Origin: Eledone cirrhosa
Taxonomy: Eukaryota
Direction: 5' to 3'
Assembly: GCA_964016885.1 (NCBI GenBank)
Contig: OZ024740.1
Location: 400,396,001-400,460,000 of the forward strand
DNA: 64,000 bases
Position numbers and translations under genes: made by a program. The notes beneath the pieces are model-generated. The model had not been told where the DNA came from, did no database searches, and saw only the letters and a program-made list of their open reading frames with translations. Positions 31,052 through 46,155 of the stretch are shown here, piece by piece (position 1 is the stretch's first letter; the number at the start of each line of letters is the position of its first letter).

Positions 31052-32071
31052 GCTTGTCTCTGATCGTAACGAAGAGTTTATTTGAATACATATAAAATTG
31101 AGAACATTCCTCGCTAGAACTGCCACCACAAAACAACTAAATGCTCTCAATGACAGTGGTGGGCAAACATTCCTCAAAGGACAAGGACCAGCACTCTGTG
31201 GTCAATGAGAGAGACAATTCACAAGGTGGTTGACAGGCAGATGAAACAGAAAGGTCTAAAAGAGAAGGAGGACAAGAAGTATGTTGCCATGCAGATATAT
31301 ATTATATATGTGTGGGTGTGTATGTTTGCATGTATATAAACACACATAAACCCACACATATTTATGTAGGTATTTATACACACGCCTACGTATACATATA
31401 TCTATGTGAATTTTGTGTGATGTGCGCGTGTGAAAGCGTGTGTGTTTCCGTGAGTGTGTATTTAAGACTGAATGCATGAATGTATATTTATAAATTAAGC
31501 TGAGTGACTTATAAAAACATCAGTTAACTTATAGTAACAGATCTGATACCTCTAACAGGCAGATGTTCTGATAGTTAAGTTGCTTTCTCTACACAAGAAC
31601 TCGCAGTTTGTTTACCATTAACGTTAAGTCGACTTCAAGACCAGTATGGGCATCTATTTAGCACGTTGATTATATTTGAAAATGGTTTTATCGATATTCC
31701 TAAACAAACTGGCGTGAAAATCTAAACATACCAAGATTGAATGTGCTTTCCAGAATTCAAGTCTGTTTACATGTTTTGGTTTTTATCATTGGTTTAACAC
31801 TAGCAGTTAACAAGTGAGGAAGTGTGAAGTGATATAGAGAAAGAAGATAAAATAAAGTGGTGGAAAATTGAGAAGTAGAGAAGTAAAAAGCTAGAGATTA
31901 AGAAGGCAAGAAATGATGGAAGAGTAGGGAGAAACATGTAAATTTAATGAAAATGTAAAGATGTTACAAAATTCCGATTGGTGGTGAGAGGCCAGTAAGG
32001 ACATTTCAGATTGTATTCTTCCTGCGGTAGCAAATTCTATATAATAATATTTCTGTATTGGCATCTCTCGC

Positions 32072-32171
<100 letters not shown>

Positions 32172-32281
32172 ACTCTCTCTCTCTCCCACTCTCTCTTCCT
32201 CTCTCTCTCTTTCACTCTCTCTCACATATACTCTCTTTCTCTCTCTCCCTCTATATATATTTTCAAAAATATATATTCACG

Positions 32282-32323
<42 letters not shown>

Positions 32324-32355
32324 CACACACGCTCATACACGCACATTCACATAAT

Positions 32356-32525
32356 TGGTAGATTTCCAAGAGGGATCGGCGCGGCATATGACCAGAGTCA
32401 GTAAAGGCAATGAATACGTTAGTAGAGTATAAGAATCTTTGTTTTATATAGAAATGAATTCTACAGAAATAGAACTGTTTCATTCAGATGAAATCAAGTC
32501 CCGTAGAAGTCAATTCTATATAAAG
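32356..32525. mobile_element. Family C diverged fold-back remnant
   Basis: tagaactgtttcattcagatgaaatc shared with 28305-28327. Short return arm gtagaagtcaattctatataaa. Confidence 0.65.
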
Positions 32526-32578
32526 ATATATATATATATATATATACATAAATATATAAATATGTTTTTATGCGGATG

Positions 32579-32601
<23 letters not shown>

Positions 32602-32609
<8 letters not shown>

Positions 32610-33045
32610 GTGAGGGTTTTTTTACAAAATGAAAAAAAAACCCGAGGTGTCCTACACGAGTGAAAGTATAAGGAAAAAAGATGAAATCGAAAATGCAACT
32701 GGAGTCTTTTTAAAAAAAAATATATTTATTTGGTTCCTTTACCGGTTTCGCAGTTCTTGTGTTTTTCAAAAGTAGAGTTGAGATGGAGGGTTTGTGGTTT
32801 TTCTCACATCTGAGAAAAAAGGAGAGGCACAAAAACAAAGAAAAGAATCCCCAGTCACTGAAGAGGTCACAGAATGTGTGACGAAAGAACTTTGACAATA
32901 TATAAACAACCATCTGGTTGTGGAACCAACCAACCAACCGGAAATTGATAAATTCCTAAATTTATAAATTTATTATAATAAATTGAAGTGAATCAACTGG
33001 TGCGTGTGTTTCTTATTGGCAACATGACCCTCCCAAAGTATAACA

Positions 33046-33046
<1 letters not shown>
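32602..33046. mobile_element. Composite of family E end (minus) and family D end (plus) between (TA)n tracts
   Basis: 32602-32812 matches 19702-19900. 32830-33046 contains a hammerhead and matches 30886-30962. Confidence 0.75.
32854..32896 (+). ncRNA. Minimal hammerhead ribozyme (family D)
   Basis: gtca-CTGAAGA-g-gtcaca-gaatg-tgtgac-GAAA-gaac-TT-tgac. Confidence 0.78.
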
Positions 33047-33078
<32 letters not shown>

Positions 33079-33169
33079 CAGACTCTATTTCTCTCACATA
33101 CACCTCTCCCTGCACACATAAACATCTACTTTAAACATCTACACAGACACACATACACACACACACACG

Positions 33170-33270
<101 letters not shown>

Positions 33271-33281
33271 GCACGCACGCG

Positions 33282-33397
<116 letters not shown>

Positions 33398-33398
33398 A

Positions 33399-33830
33399 GA
33401 TATTAGTATTGGTGCTCTGAAATAGCGATGTATACATGAATGTTTGTATAGTATATTTGGCAATAGTGTATGTTTAAGTAAAAATATTTTGAAGATCATT
33501 CGCTATGAGCTTTAAAGTAGTGACTTATTCTCGGCAAAAGCAAAAGAGAGTGATTGACAGTCCTGTTTCTCGCTCGTTAGCGTTTATCAAGACCACTCAC
33601 TCCTTCACTTCTGTCGAAAGTTATAGAAGCTGGATTCTTATAGAATACCAGTAATATTTAAGAGCTGATTAAACAGACCGGTTGCTGGCCTTCAAAATAT
33701 TTTTACTTAAACATACACTATATTGCCAAATATATTATACATACATTCATGTATACATCGCTATTTCAGAGCACCAATACTAATACCTAATTTTTTCTGG
33801 ACCGGCAACCGCTGTTTAATCAGCTCTTTA
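33399..33830. repeat. Interleaved inverted repeats
   Basis: 33402-33494 is the inverse of 33690-33786. 33660-33688 is approximately the inverse of 33802-33829. Confidence 0.85.
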
Positions 33831-34739
33831 TATATATTAATATGCATTGTAGTAAAGGTAACACCGAGTGCAATTGTATTGCGAATGAAACGGATATCAT
33901 CATCAATACACAGACACAAACACGCGCACACGTACACACACGCACATGCACACATAACCTCCCCCCCCCACGCACGTGCACACATACCCCCCCCACACAC
34001 ACAAACACGTATATATATATATACATTGATTTCAAAAACACACCGAAGATTCAAGGCCTTCTTAAACTGACATATGTTTCTGCCGGCCTAAACTCACTCT
34101 AGGTTCATAATATTACAATTCCAAAACTTCAAAATATTAAGTTTTTTAATTTTAGAGTTTTATAACTTAACCTTCAGGTGTTGGTTCAAGGTCGGTATCA
34201 TCAAATGTTCTTTATGTCTCATCAATACTTCACATAAGTTGAAAATTCATTACTTATTTAACATTCACTATAACAACATATTACAACAACACTAAAAAAT
34301 ACCATGTATATATATATATATTCAATAAAAACACCAGGATTTTTTCATTTTGACGACTGAAAGCAGATTTATTTGCTTTCAAGAAATCACTGGTAAATGA
34401 AATAATCATCTTATGTTGTTTATTACATAAATATATATATATGAATATTCGTAGCACAGTAAATTCCTGTCCACGCTATTGGCTGCAAATTTTATCATTA
34501 TGATTTTAGTGAAAAGAAATAATCCACACGGAAGATGAAAACTAAACATCTCGGTATTAGCATATGAAATAAATATTGTTGTCAGGATATGATCTTCTAC
34601 AAAATAATCTTTCAGCATGCCATATAATTCCAAGCAATCCTTGTATGATGTATGAATGTTTGATCCCGTATTGACATACGGCGTTTTTCGGGCATTTAAA
34701 GCCTGGTGGAGCCCATTCCTCTCCAGACCTGAGTAGAGC

Positions 34740-34872
34740 AGATTTCTTCCAGAGAAAGATAGAAAGGTAAAATTGACATCGACGGGATTGAACTCCTTGA
34801 GCAGAGAGCCGGAACAAATATCAAAAAGCATTCTATCCGATGTTCTAACAACTCTGCTAATTCGCCGCCACC
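34740..34872 (-). mobile_element. tRNA-derived SINE, diverged
   Basis: Minus strand has ggcggcgaattagcagagttgttagaaca (A box) and gagttcaatcccgtcgatgtcaattttacctt. Confidence 0.7.
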
Positions 34873-35227
34873 TTGAATGATAGCTGAAACAATTTTCAGT
34901 TTGAATACCATGTGATAAAAGTTTTGTGTTAAATGTCCGACCTAGTAGAAAGACGATCAGAGAAAGCAAAGGATAGTATAGGAAGCGTGTGATACCTTTA
35001 ACATACTATAGTTTCGTATAAGTCGATGGAAATAAATTGAAAATAAACTCCGATAGAGAATGGAAAACAATAACCATAGATGATGTATCACTGACACAAA
35101 TCTTGGGAAATATTTGAAAATCATTAGGGAATATTAACTAATTTGATATATTTGAGGCAAATATTAAATATTTAAACCTATACAAAGATAAAAGAACGCA
35201 TGACAATGTAGAATTCCGGAACTGGGT

Positions 35228-35420
35228 AATAATTGTTTCTACTTTTGGCACAAGACCAGCAATTATCCAGTACATTACTGGTACTTTATTTTATCGACCC
35301 CGTAAGGATGAAAGGCAAAGTTAACCTTGGCGGGATTTGAGCTCAGAATGATAAGGGCCGTAACTCTATGCGTCAAAGCATGGCGCCCGACCCTCTACCG
35401 ATACTGCCAATCCACCACCA
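35228..35420 (-). mobile_element. tRNA-derived SINE, full length
   Basis: Minus strand has A box tggattggcagtatcggtagagg, B-box-like gagctcaaatcc, and the family core. Confidence 0.88.
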
Positions 35421-35655
35421 CTGGGTAATAATGCTAACGGTGCAACTAAACAATGAATTTTGGTAAAGGAACAAGGCTGCAAATATTGAGGAATGGTGAT
35501 AGTTAATTTTATGCTTCCATTACATAATTAATGATTATTTCTAGGCCTCGGAGCAATTAAAAGTAAAAAAAGACTCCGAAGTATTCTAACACAAATAAAT
35601 ACAGCAAAATATCCAGCCACTCAACACTGTACTTCTAGAATATTGACATAAAAGA

Positions 35656-35990
35656 TAATTGTTTCTACTTTTGGCACAACGCCAGCAATTATCCCAGCGC
35701 ATTACAGGTACTTTATTTTATCGACCCCATTGGGATGAAAGGCAAAGTTAACCTGCGCAGGATTTGAACTCAGACCTTAAATGGCCGTAACTCTGACTAG
35801 AAGAAACATTTTGGGTGGAATTAAATAATCAATTCACCTAACTCAGGTAATTGACTGGTACTTAATTTATCGACGCCGGAAAAATAAAAGGCGCACAAAT
35901 CCCAGGTGGGACTTGAACTCAACATATAAACGGACATAAATAAATACCACAAAGTTCTGCTTCCTGTGCTCAACTGATTCTTACATTCCA
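35656..35990 (-). mobile_element. Two adjacent tRNA-derived SINE copies
   Basis: Family core at 35656-35795; diverged copy with gactggtacttaatttatcgac...ttgaactc at 35845-35990. Confidence 0.78.
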
Positions 35991-37126
35991 CCAACGAGAA
36001 GTTATTTTGTGAAACAAACGAAAGAATATATGATAAAATACATGAAACAGTAACAATTCAATGGAAGAATTCAGAATAAGTTATGTAAATGGTATATTCT
36101 GTTAGGTTTCATCTTGGGATTTCCTGATAATACATTCTTATAACAACTGCTTTAATATTGCGATCTGTTATTTTCATAAGCAACCAAGTGGTACGTCTTT
36201 CTCTATTGCCGTCTTTCTACTTTCCACTGAGAAAGCATCTGTTTCGTTCATTATTCCTGAACTTTATCACCTTTCAGTTTTTCCTCTTTCATTTCCTAGA
36301 CAATTCTGTGTAATCACTTCCTTCTTTTCTGTGTATAAATAAACACACACTCATACATACATGCACACATCTATCCGTTCATTTATCCATACATACACAT
36401 ATAAATACATACACACATAAATAGGTATAGAAGTACATGTATATATATATACAAACAAATACATACATACACACACACACATATATATATATATGTATAT
36501 ATATATGTATATATATGTATATATATGTGTGTGTGTGTGAATGTATGTATATATATATATATATATATATACATGCATATATATATACATATTTATATAT
36601 ATGTGTGTGTGTATATATATATATATATGTGTGTATGTGTGTTAGTTTATAGGTGGATAGATGATTCCATGCGTGTACATATAATCATACATACAAACAC
36701 AACACACACACTCACCCTCACACACACACTCACTCACAAACATACACAATCGCATACACACACACACAAACACACATATATATTTATATATATGTGTATA
36801 TATACATGTGTGAGTGTATATGCATCTATATCCATCTATTTATATATGTATATGGGTGTGTTGATGAGTAGTGCTATATGGATAAACAATATTTATATTT
36901 TCACGCATTTCTGCAATTATTTTATTTGGAGAATTTCATAGTCCAAAGTATATTAATAGTCTTTCGACGATGACTGAAAGGTTTTCCACCCAAAATCGTA
37001 AATTTTGAATGGTTTGCTGTATTAATAGAACATAATAGAAACATATAGAGATCATATTCACATAATTATTGTTCTTTTTCCCCATTAGACCGTTAGAACG
37101 TTTATGCACACACACACACACACACA

Positions 37127-37160
<34 letters not shown>

Positions 37161-37257
37161 TATGTATATATATATACATTATTACACATTTTCATATATT
37201 TGTTCATTAATATATATATATATATATGTATAAGTATATATATATATATATATATAC

Positions 37258-37690
37258 AATATAATATATTAACAAATGGAAACTATATTTATAAAACCAT
37301 ATTTATTACATTATACATATTTCAAGGACACCAAAGCAAATTATGGTGCGCTTTCATCATATAAAATATAATATAGATCAGTTTTATAAACAAATATTGA
37401 CATACCCTTAAAGAATGCGACCATGTCGCTTCCAACCGACGTGGTCGCATTCTTTAAGGGTATGTCAATATTTGTTTATAAAACTGATCTATATTATATT
37501 TTATATGATGAAAGCGCACCATAATTTGCTTTGGTGTCCTTGAAATATGTATAATGTAATAAATATGGTTTTATAAATATAGTTTCCATTTGTTAATATA
37601 TTGTATTTTTACTCCAATAATTTGTTGAGTGCTTTATATCAGTTATAAAAATATTTGCTTGTTGTATCCCAACAATTTAAATAGAACTTC

Positions 37691-37692
<2 letters not shown>
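37258..37692. mobile_element. Family A fold-back remnant (diverged subfamily), tail on right
   Basis: Near-perfect ~170 bp arms around spacer cttccaac (37429-37436). Tail ...tactccaataatttgttgagtgc...aacttcta, then (TA)n. Confidence 0.88.
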
Positions 37693-37743
<51 letters not shown>

Positions 37744-37829
37744 TATGTATATATATATATATAAATATACATTATTACATTTCCATATATTTGTTCATTA
37801 ATATATATATATATATATATATATAAACA

Positions 37830-37974
<145 letters not shown>

Positions 37975-38129
37975 TGAGGGAGAAAAGTAAAAAATCACGA
38001 AACCACTTGGCGCCTCGGCCGGGAGTTTTTTTTAACTATCTCGATACCGACTCTGCATCTCTCCATGATATGAGTACATGATCAATGGTCTCCCCGGTCT
38101 CAGCCCCGCAGTTCCCCCTCTCTCCCCCC

Positions 38130-38291
<162 letters not shown>

Positions 38292-38545
38292 TGAGAGAGG
38301 GAGAGAGAGAAAGAAAGGGAGTATTAAAGTGTTCGCTCTAACTTACATGTATACATATAAGTATGTGTACTTTGTATAGCTATGCTGGAGCGAACAACTT
38401 TATTCAATCTATCGTTCAGGCTGAGGCGGACTACAGCCCCATATGCAAATGAGGCTAATCAGCCGATGTACATAGGCATCAAACCTCTATGAATTCACCT
38501 ACATTGAATGTCACGAGAAAGCGCGACAAGAGGAGCATTGCCTTA

Positions 38546-38737
38546 ATAGCTGTTTCTACTTTTGACACAAGGCCAGCAATTATCCTAGTGCATTACTGGT
38601 ACTTTATTTTGTCGACCCCTTAAGGATGAAAGGCAAAGTTAACCTCGGCGGGATTTGAACTGAGAACGTAAAGGGTCGTAACTCTGTACTGCAAAGCATG
38701 GCGCCCGACCCTCCACCGATACTGCCAATCCACTACC
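38546..38737 (-). mobile_element. tRNA-derived SINE, full length
   Basis: Near-identical to 35228-35420. Confidence 0.88.
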
Positions 38738-39030
38738 CTGCATCGTCTTAATAACGACCATCAGTTAGAAAGGATCGTCGGTAATTACCCCTAACCTCTC
38801 CTTCTGCTGGAACTCGCTAGATGGCGCTTTGCCATCAGCTTCTAAGATTCATAACCGAAGACTTGCAAATTTTTATTCCTATACATTCCGTATAACATTA
38901 AATATACACATACACATACACACGACATCTGTCTGAAATGGGGAAACCTGCTCCACTTCCTCCAAGCGTGAACGTAATAGAACTGAGTATTTTGGCATTC
39001 CTGTATCTGTTTTATTCTGTTTCATTTATT

Positions 39031-39195
<165 letters not shown>

Positions 39196-39224
39196 TATCC
39201 ATATCTGTACGAGTGTGCATATAT

Positions 39225-39264
<40 letters not shown>

Positions 39265-39816
39265 CGAGTTCTAATGTTGGAAAAGAACCCCATTTCGGAA
39301 GGAGTCAGGAAAGTCGATTAAACCGATCCCACTACTTGTTTGATACTTAGCTTTATCGACCCTGGAAGGATAAAAGAAAAATTGACCCTGATGATATTTG
39401 AACTTAGAACGTAAAGAGCCTGCCAATAAACCATATTAATATATAATAAAATATATTATGATTGTTTATTCCTATAACATTTATATGTAACTGATCTGAG
39501 TAAAACACTTTTCTCAAACGTGATTTTTTAAAAATCACTTTTTATCTGAAGTAGCTTGCGTAACTCTGTTTGTACATGTGCAATCTGCTATGGCAATAAA
39601 AGCGGAAGTATCAATCAAACAATTTTTTTTTGAAAGAATATATCGACTTATGTGTCATTTGAAGAAAAGGGACGAAATGAACACCATAAGATATTTTGTC
39701 CCTTTCTTTACTAATTTTGTCCCACACCGCCATTTTCATACTAATTTGTTCCTAACACTGGCAAAAGATCTCATATCTTAGCGGTACTTGTGATAACCCT
39801 CTCCACATTAAATAAC

Positions 39817-40002
39817 TAATTGTTTCTACTTTTGGCACAAGGCCAGCAATTATCCCAGTACATTACTGATACTTTATTTTATCGACCCCGTAAGGATGAA
39901 AGGCAAAGTTAACCTCGGCGGGATTTGAACTCAGAATGGCAAGGGCCGTAACTCTATGCGTCAAAGCATGGCGTCCGACCCTCTACTGATACTGCCAATC
40001 CA
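39817..40002 (-). mobile_element. tRNA-derived SINE, full length
   Basis: Near-identical to 35228-35420. A diverged copy also lies at ~39320-39420. Confidence 0.88.
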
Positions 40003-40542
40003 CAATACATACTAAGCTATTAAACTTCAAACTTCTACACGCTTGGATATCGGAATCAATGAGAAACGAAGATTTTTTAACGCATGGTATAGCCCACTCT
40101 ACTCTCATCAGTAAAAATAGTTTTTTTTAGCTTTCATTGACTCTCACTATTATATATACCGCACATACCGGAAATTATTCAGTCATAACACAACAAGTCA
40201 TAAATACGTGATCGTAACAAGGTTTTTATCTACTGAAGGTGCACTTAAACTAAATACATGGTATTCCATTGATAATTCATGTTTCCTTAGAAAAAGTAGA
40301 AAAATGAGCATCAAGATCAAACTATAGATGGCATTTCAAATATAAGGGAATTCCAAGATTTGACATCGTTTTGGATGCACTAACGAAAAACTTAAAATAT
40401 ACATATAATTCCAGTTGCACAGAAACATTTCTTTCTTTATCATTTAGAATAAATTCAAAATCTCAATTATTTAAATAGAAAGTGCAAAATATTCACTAAA
40501 TGCAGATTTATGAAAATATTCATCGAAGCTAATATTATAGAA

Positions 40543-40673
40543 TAATTGTTTCTACTTTTGGCACAAGGCCAGAAATTATAATCAGTGTATTACTGGTACT
40601 TTATTTTATCGACCTCAGGCAAAGTTAACCTCAGTGGGATTTGAACTCATAATGGCAAGGGCCGTAACTCTAT
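40543..40673 (-). mobile_element. tRNA-derived SINE, partial
   Basis: Family core with small deletion. A further diverged copy lies at ~41740-41900. Confidence 0.82.
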
Positions 40674-43439
40674 AGAATAATGGAATCCGATTATATGCAC
40701 ATTACTGTTGATGTACTTGTGCAAGTAAACACACACTTTCCTATTGTCATTTCTATTTTGCATATACCCAAAAAGTTATATCATAAGGCTGCATTAAGGA
40801 AAACACTTAAATAAAATCACCATTCAAAAGAAAACATTCCTTCAAATCACATTAGTATAAAACAATCCAACAATGGACACATTACATTATATGACGCAAT
40901 AACAACTTCAAATAGCAGACTAACATTCACAACAGCATGCCAACGCACTCAATGACGCATGCATCTAAATTCATCACAAACAAAAATCAAAATCAAATTG
41001 TAAGACACACATTTTTAAAATCTAGAACATATTTATCTTTTTTTTTCATATAATACATAAGTAATAAATATATCCCCTATCTAAACCTTCCCTAAGTTAC
41101 CGATATAATCATAGTCATATCTTCAAAAGACAGTGCTAAATGAATATATTGAACCTACTAATATATTATGCTACTCACACTCAAGCAGGAGGGTGGGCCT
41201 CTAAGTTGACACTCAAACTACGTGCAATAACAAAACCTCCGTTAAATCACACACTGGATAATCACAAACTTCACACATTTGAAGATATTAACTGATTTCT
41301 TAAATTTGCTTACTCTTCTTACTAAGAATTGAATCAAATAGACCTAATGTAAAGGCTATGCATTCATGACAAGCACAGCTTTTTATCTGAAACATACTTA
41401 CTAATAATATATTATCCAATGTTTTTCTTCAGTTAAGGTGGTAGCGTGATTAATTTGCAATTAATATTACGGATAACACCGTGTTTAAATTGTTAATAAA
41501 TTATCTGTAATCAATAATATTTTTAACAATATCATCAGCTATTCTTAATCAACACATTTCCATATATTTATGGACCTGTAACTCCTGATAGAGTCGTTTG
41601 GGTACCATATTGACATTCGGCATTTCTTGGGCATTTTTCAAATCTGGCGGAATCCATCTCTTCAGGTAAGATCATAGCAGATTTCCCCCACAGAATGAAA
41701 AAGGATAAGAGAAAGAAAGTGAGAAAGGGATATACAAGGGGGATTTATACTAGTAATAGATTGGTACTTTTTCATCAACTTGGAAAGGATGAAAGGCGAG
41801 GTTGACATCGACGGGATTTTAACTCGAAAAGCAAAGAGACGAACCGAATACTGAAAACATTTCATCTGAAGATATAACGTTCTGATAATTGGCCGATACA
41901 TTCTATATATATTAAACTCGTAATCATTATAGAAATTCATTTGTATTCGATAATTCTTATGTACATTTTAGTGTAGACACTGTGCTGTCCCCAATAATCT
42001 ACACCAAAATATATTGTATATATTTTAGGATTTTATCCTGAAAGAAAGGTTTTCTATGTACACACGAACACCTAAATTAACAGAAGAGAAAAAATGGAAA
42101 CTATGCAGTGTACCATTTGTTTTCGTGTTGAATGATGCATTGGAGTTTGTATACTACTGAATTATACCGAATAAATGACTAGATCGTTAGTCTGTGATCT
42201 AAAGGATATAATTATTTCTACTTTTTCTCTTAATAATTTTTTCTACTTAGGATTAGATATAATGTTGATATACATGATCTAAAACATGTGAGAATGTGAA
42301 ATAGTTACATTAACCATACCACTGAGTTTTACTGTCTTTGATATAACCACTGCTTTCAAATCTATGAAGTGTGTGAGTGGCATAAAACAAACTAATTTAT
42401 ATAACCTATTAGTGGACTTCTATTTAAGGCTTTCAAAGTTGTATTTACTTTAGTATTTAGTTAGCACATTTAATTATGCAGGACAACTTCCATTTGACCG
42501 GTGAGCAAAGGCAACAAAAGGTCTGGATATGTTACTGGCGATAATCAAGAATCATGTCAAAGGTACATCTGTATCTATCATGTAACATATAATAAATAGT
42601 GACATTTATAAATCAAGTAAACAATTTAGAAATGCATTTTTATTTTACACAAGCTTTCTAACTAGTTTTAAAATCTAAGCTCTTCGAAATAAGATCGCAG
42701 ATTCTAATCATCAAAAACTACAACCGTAACATGGCGCCAGTCTGTATGTCTAGAAATGATCTAAGATTACACATAATGAAACCTTCTGTACGTTAACCTT
42801 TAATTCCCAACAGAATTCATTAACATTCTAGGTGTATTTCTCTGAAATGCATTCATTTCAATAGCTTCAAATATGGAATAAAACCTATCTATTGTCATTT
42901 TATTTTGCTTTTCCGTTTTTGATATTATTCAGGCACTAGTGTGTATTAACATTTGATTTTGTTTTGTAAAATAATATTTCCTTATTTAATTCAAGTGAAT
43001 TTAGGAATGAACAATAAATATCAGATTAACATAAAACGGAAACAAATTAAAAATGTGATTGTACGTTAAATGGTTTAAATTGAGATCCTACATTGAAACT
43101 GAAACAGTTATAACAGAGAAAATTCATAAGAGCCATTTAAAATATACATATGATATTATATTCACTTTTGTACTATTATCTTGATAGTGTTACCTAATAG
43201 TAAATTCCAAGTGTTATATAATATACAATAGCGATTTACGAAATATTCGCAGGGACTTATCTGACCAATAAAATTAATTTTCGTCTTTAACATTTGAAAG
43301 TGTGTTGTCATTTAGTTTTAATTTAAACGCCTTCTCTCTATTTATATAATAATTTCAGATTAAAATATTTTCTAAATTAGGGTCTGAGAAAAGAACCACA
43401 TTTATAGCAGGCCCGTATAAGACGAGCAAAACTACAATA

Positions 43440-45040
43440 TGGAGAGAATCATACTGCATTATTCTTGATGAAGTAACTGCAGCGTTAGATGTAGTTAAGA
43501 CTGAGGCACACATAATAATGGGAGACGTCAATGAACATATTGGCTGTGACCACCGAACGTGGAATGAAGGGATTGGAAGGAACGGCTTTCCCGATCTAAA
43601 TACGAATGGAGAGACCTTATTATACTTCTGTTCTAGCAATTGACATTCTACTTCTACTACGAAGAGCTTCTTCCAGTACATCTATAAATATACATGGTAT
43701 AAGGAAATTTAGGGACAGACATCAATAACTGATTCTCTTATTGTGTCTGATTATTTCGATTCTGTGTTAGTTGTTCGTGTTAAGAGAGAGCTGGGCTGTC
43801 AATTGATCACCATCTACTTATCTGCAACTTGAGACAGCCTAAAGCCAAAGAATCCCACAAAACTGGTAGGTTCGGGTCGACCTACAGGATGAAGAAAGGA
43901 GAGTCGGTGGATAAAGTAGTCAGGACCAGGTGTGTGCATACTATTGCATGCAAATTCGGAGAACATAAACGATGACCTGTATAGTTTCCGCCTCAGATGC
44001 AGCACAGGCGACCAAATATTCACACTGTGGTAAGTCTTTCAGAAATAGTGGGTGTACTGCCAAGAGGTGTATGCTTGCTTTGTAGACCACAAAAAGGCGT
44101 ACGAACGCGTTACACGTGACTTGTTGTGGAGGATAATCCAAGAATATGAGATCGATGGACAACTTTTTGTAGCCCTGATTTCTCTATATGAATGTCCTAG
44201 TATTTGTGCCTGGATAATTGATGCTAAATCAAAACCATCCAATTTGGGAATTGGACTTCGTGGATTGACATGTCCAACCGGAGTGGAAGTAGTATCATGA
44301 CGGTCTAGTGTACTATCAGTCGGCTGGAATTTGCAGATAGGGTTCATGCCGAATGCTGCACGGCTACAATGAAAATCATTCCAGCGAAGACAGTGACGAT
44401 CGTTTTCTCAAGGAAGCCTGCGCCGTGTACTATACATATGAATGTACGATACAGTGAAGCAGGTGGAGAAGTTCAAGTATTTCCGTGCCATGTTCACAAA
44501 TGATGGAATGCAGGAGACCGAATTAAGTGCAAAATTGCAGGAGCTGATGCAGTAATGTACCAGCTTCAGGATTCAGTAATCAGAAGAAACGAGGTAGGTG
44601 TTAAAGCTAAATATTTCAATTTGCTATTCTGCCAATCCGTACCTATGGTAATGAATCTCGGCAGTGACCGAAAGAATACGGTCGCCAATACACGCGGCCG
44701 AAATGAGGTTCCTCCAAAGGGTTCTCAGACTAACGAGTGCATAGCTCGGAGATGAAAGAGTCGCTCCTGGTAGATTCGCTACTTCTCTGAGTTGAGAGAT
44801 CTCAGCTCCGTTATTCCGGTCATGTTGTTATAATATTTCAGGAAAAGAATCGCTGGACAGATTTTATCGACAAAACAATCCGACAGGTAGGCCAGGGATA
44901 GACTCCAAGCAAGATGGGTGGATAAGATCCTTGAACACGACTGGTCTCACTTGAGAATCCAGCCGGATCAATTGGAGATGGTTGCTTCTGCCAGTACCTG
45001 CTGGAAGACGTGTTTGAGTACTCGACATACACGTAAATGA
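43440..45040 (+). mobile_element. Decayed, internally deleted RTE-clade LINE (EN and RT fragments)
   Basis: 43465-43760 matches 15937-16230 at DNA level. YACFVDHKKAYERVTRDLLWRII at 44052-44300. 3' part resembles the 10094-10384 region. Confidence 0.85.
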
Positions 45041-45131
45041 AGAGGTGGATTATTCACAATCTTCCAGGAAATGTAGACAAGCATAATTTATTGCCGTATC
45101 ACCCCTGAAAAAAAAAAGACAAAAACAATAT

Positions 45132-45298
45132 AACTGTTTCTACTTTTGGCACAAGGCCAGCAATTATCCCAGAGTATTACTGGTACTTTATTTTATCGAC
45201 CCCGTAAGGATAAAAGGCAAAGTTAACCTCCGCGGGATTTGATCTCAGACCATAAAAGGCCGTAACTCTATGCTGCAAAGCATGGCGTCAGACCCTCT
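45132..45298 (-). mobile_element. tRNA-derived SINE
   Basis: Family core tgtttctacttttggcacaaggccagcaattatccc...gttaacctccgcgggatttga. Confidence 0.86.
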
Positions 45299-45534
45299 AT
45301 AATGAAATGTGCTGAGATAAGGAAAAATATTGAACTGGATAGAAAAAATAATCATTTATTGTTGCATATATGATTGTAACTGAGATTTAAATGGTTGCTT
45401 TTGGGATAGTAATATAGAGAGTCAAAGAATGGTTGAGATATTACGAAGTGGAAAGAAGAATGTGTGTATTATTTACTTATTTCTGGAGTCCTGTATAATA
45501 AATAATGTTGTTGATAGAATCGATGTAGTAGATG

Positions 45535-45610
45535 TATAGTAGTAGTAGTAGTGGTGGTGGTAGTACTAGAAGTAGTAGTAGTGGTAGTAGTAGTAGTAGT
45601 AGTTGTTGTT

Positions 45611-45648
<38 letters not shown>

Positions 45649-45877
45649 TGTAGTAGTAGTAGTAGTAGTAGAAGTAGTAGTAGTAGTAGTAGTTGTTGTT
45701 GTTGTGGTAGTAGAAGTATTAGTAGTAGTTGTTGTTGTTGTAGTAGAAGTAGTAGAAGTAGTAGTAGTTGTAGTAGTAGTAGTAGAAGAAGTAATAGTAG
45801 TAGTAGTAGCTGTTGTTGTCGTAGCAGCAGTAGTAGTATTATTATTATTATTATTAGTAGTAGTAGTAGTGGTAGTG

Positions 45878-45936
<59 letters not shown>

Positions 45937-46054
45937 TGTTGTTGCTGTGGTAGTAGTAGTAGTTGTTGTTGTTGTAGTAGAAGTAGTAGAAGTAGTAGTA
46001 GTTGTAGTAGTAGTAGTAGAAGAAGTAATAGTAGTAGTAGTAGCTGTTGTTGTC

Positions 46055-46116
<62 letters not shown>

Positions 46117-46155
46117 TGTTGTTGTTGTCGTTGCTGTAGTTGTGATTGTTGTTAT
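45535..46155. repeat. (AGT)n/(TGT)n compound microsatellite with internal duplication
   Basis: Direct reading; 45720-45840 is approximately repeated at 45950-46080. Confidence 0.95.

Noticed and set aside
37258-37692. Fold-back elements as classical MITEs with TA target duplication
   Set aside because: Arm length varies between copies, ends are asymmetric (tail), arms contain hammerhead-type cores, and one copy is joined to GIY-YIG. These fit PLE inversions better than TIR transposons.
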